Assembly: GCA_001938485.1 (NCBI GenBank)
Contig: MQRK01189838.1
Coordinates: forward strand, 4,076-56,625
DNA: 52,550 nt
Origin: Girardia tigrina
Taxonomy: Eukaryota
Reading direction: 5' to 3'
How positions within the stretch are numbered: the first letter of the stretch is position 1; each line of letters opens with the position of its first letter. A program made the position numbers and the translations under genes. The notes beneath the pieces are model-generated. The model did not search any database. It was given only the letters and a program-made list of their open reading frames with translations, and was not told the DNA's origin. This document shows positions 51,571-52,550 of this stretch, piece after piece.

Positions 51571-52550
51571 TGTCAAGAAAATTATACAGATAAATGTGCT
51601 AACATATGTGATTAGTAATTGGGTATCAAATGAATATTTATATCATCTTAGGGCACTCAATAATTATGTCGAGAGACACTTTTACTCATTAATCTTTTGA
51701 TCTAAAGATTTAATATAATTTGCCTCACACTGTCAACGATATACCGTACGCAATTGTTTAAATTTCTAAATATTACGTTACAGTAAGCCATTCCGAAATT
51801 TACTTGTTTTTGATGGATTACGCTTCAAAATAACTTTAAATACAAATAAATTTGAAAAGTTACCAGTCGCTTTTAAACGTCAGATGACTAACATCTGTGT
51901 TTGGCTTTCGGAGACCTTCTCATTTCGTATATCTAAATTAAAGAATTTATTTTAAAGGATTTCATACATAAAGTTAGTAAACAACAGAGTTGTTTCTAAA
52001 ATTCTCAGTGTTGACTGGAAGGAATCTCTGGCGGCAGTAATGGTAATCGTATTATGTCTGGAGCCCACCAGCTTCTAAAACAATGATTGAAACAAAAAAT
52101 TAAGAAATCAGTTTTTTTTAATTCAATTAAGCAAAATACTTCTTTTCAACGGGTTTTATGTCTTATTTCATATATCTTTCTTATATAATATTTTTTTTCG
52201 TTTGATCAAAAACACAACGCATATTGTGGTTGAAAACTAAATGAAAGATGAAAAAATAAAATTTGATGAATAAAAAAATCGAAAATCGAAGAAAAGATTG
52301 TACTTTATTAAATGTTTGTGTTTGTAACTTTCCTTTTTCTATGGACAGAGATCAATTAAAGCTTTATTAATCAGCAATATTTAAAAAATGAACATCAAAC
52401 ATAAATGAACAACATAAAAACATAAATGAACATTGTGAAGAACCGAATATGTCTTCACTTTTTGAAATAAAAAATAACAGAGATTAATATTTCCAACATA
52501 TATTTAACAATTAACAATTCAACATCTCATTTTTGTCAATTATGTAAATC

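Overview
A very AT-rich eukaryotic scaffold with N-gaps at 27418-27467, 29132-29899 and 47421-47902. Composition, GPCR type and transposon spectrum suggest a planarian-like flatworm, but this is an inference. The only apparently intact gene is a rhodopsin-class, peptide-receptor-like GPCR: one large exon (37084-37944, +) encodes TM1-TM6, and I could not find its TM7 exon in the window. Most of the rest is transposon debris: a decayed near-full-length Gypsy element, seven LTRs of a second Gypsy family (five ending in non-canonical TA), Tc1/mariner, pogo, MULE, hAT, piggyBac, Harbinger and Helitron elements, an RTE fragment, and Penelope-like remnants carrying minimal hammerhead ribozymes. One Penelope copy shows a twin-priming-like inversion. 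Two decayed 5' fragments of housekeeping genes (SLC35F5-like and NAA35/MAK10-like) lie among the elements, and there is a three-level nest (LTR inside Tc1 inside LTR). I found no clear new biological system. The best leads are the orphan 5' gene fragments, the TG...TA LTR family, the Penelope hammerheads and inversion, and a possible env-like relic.
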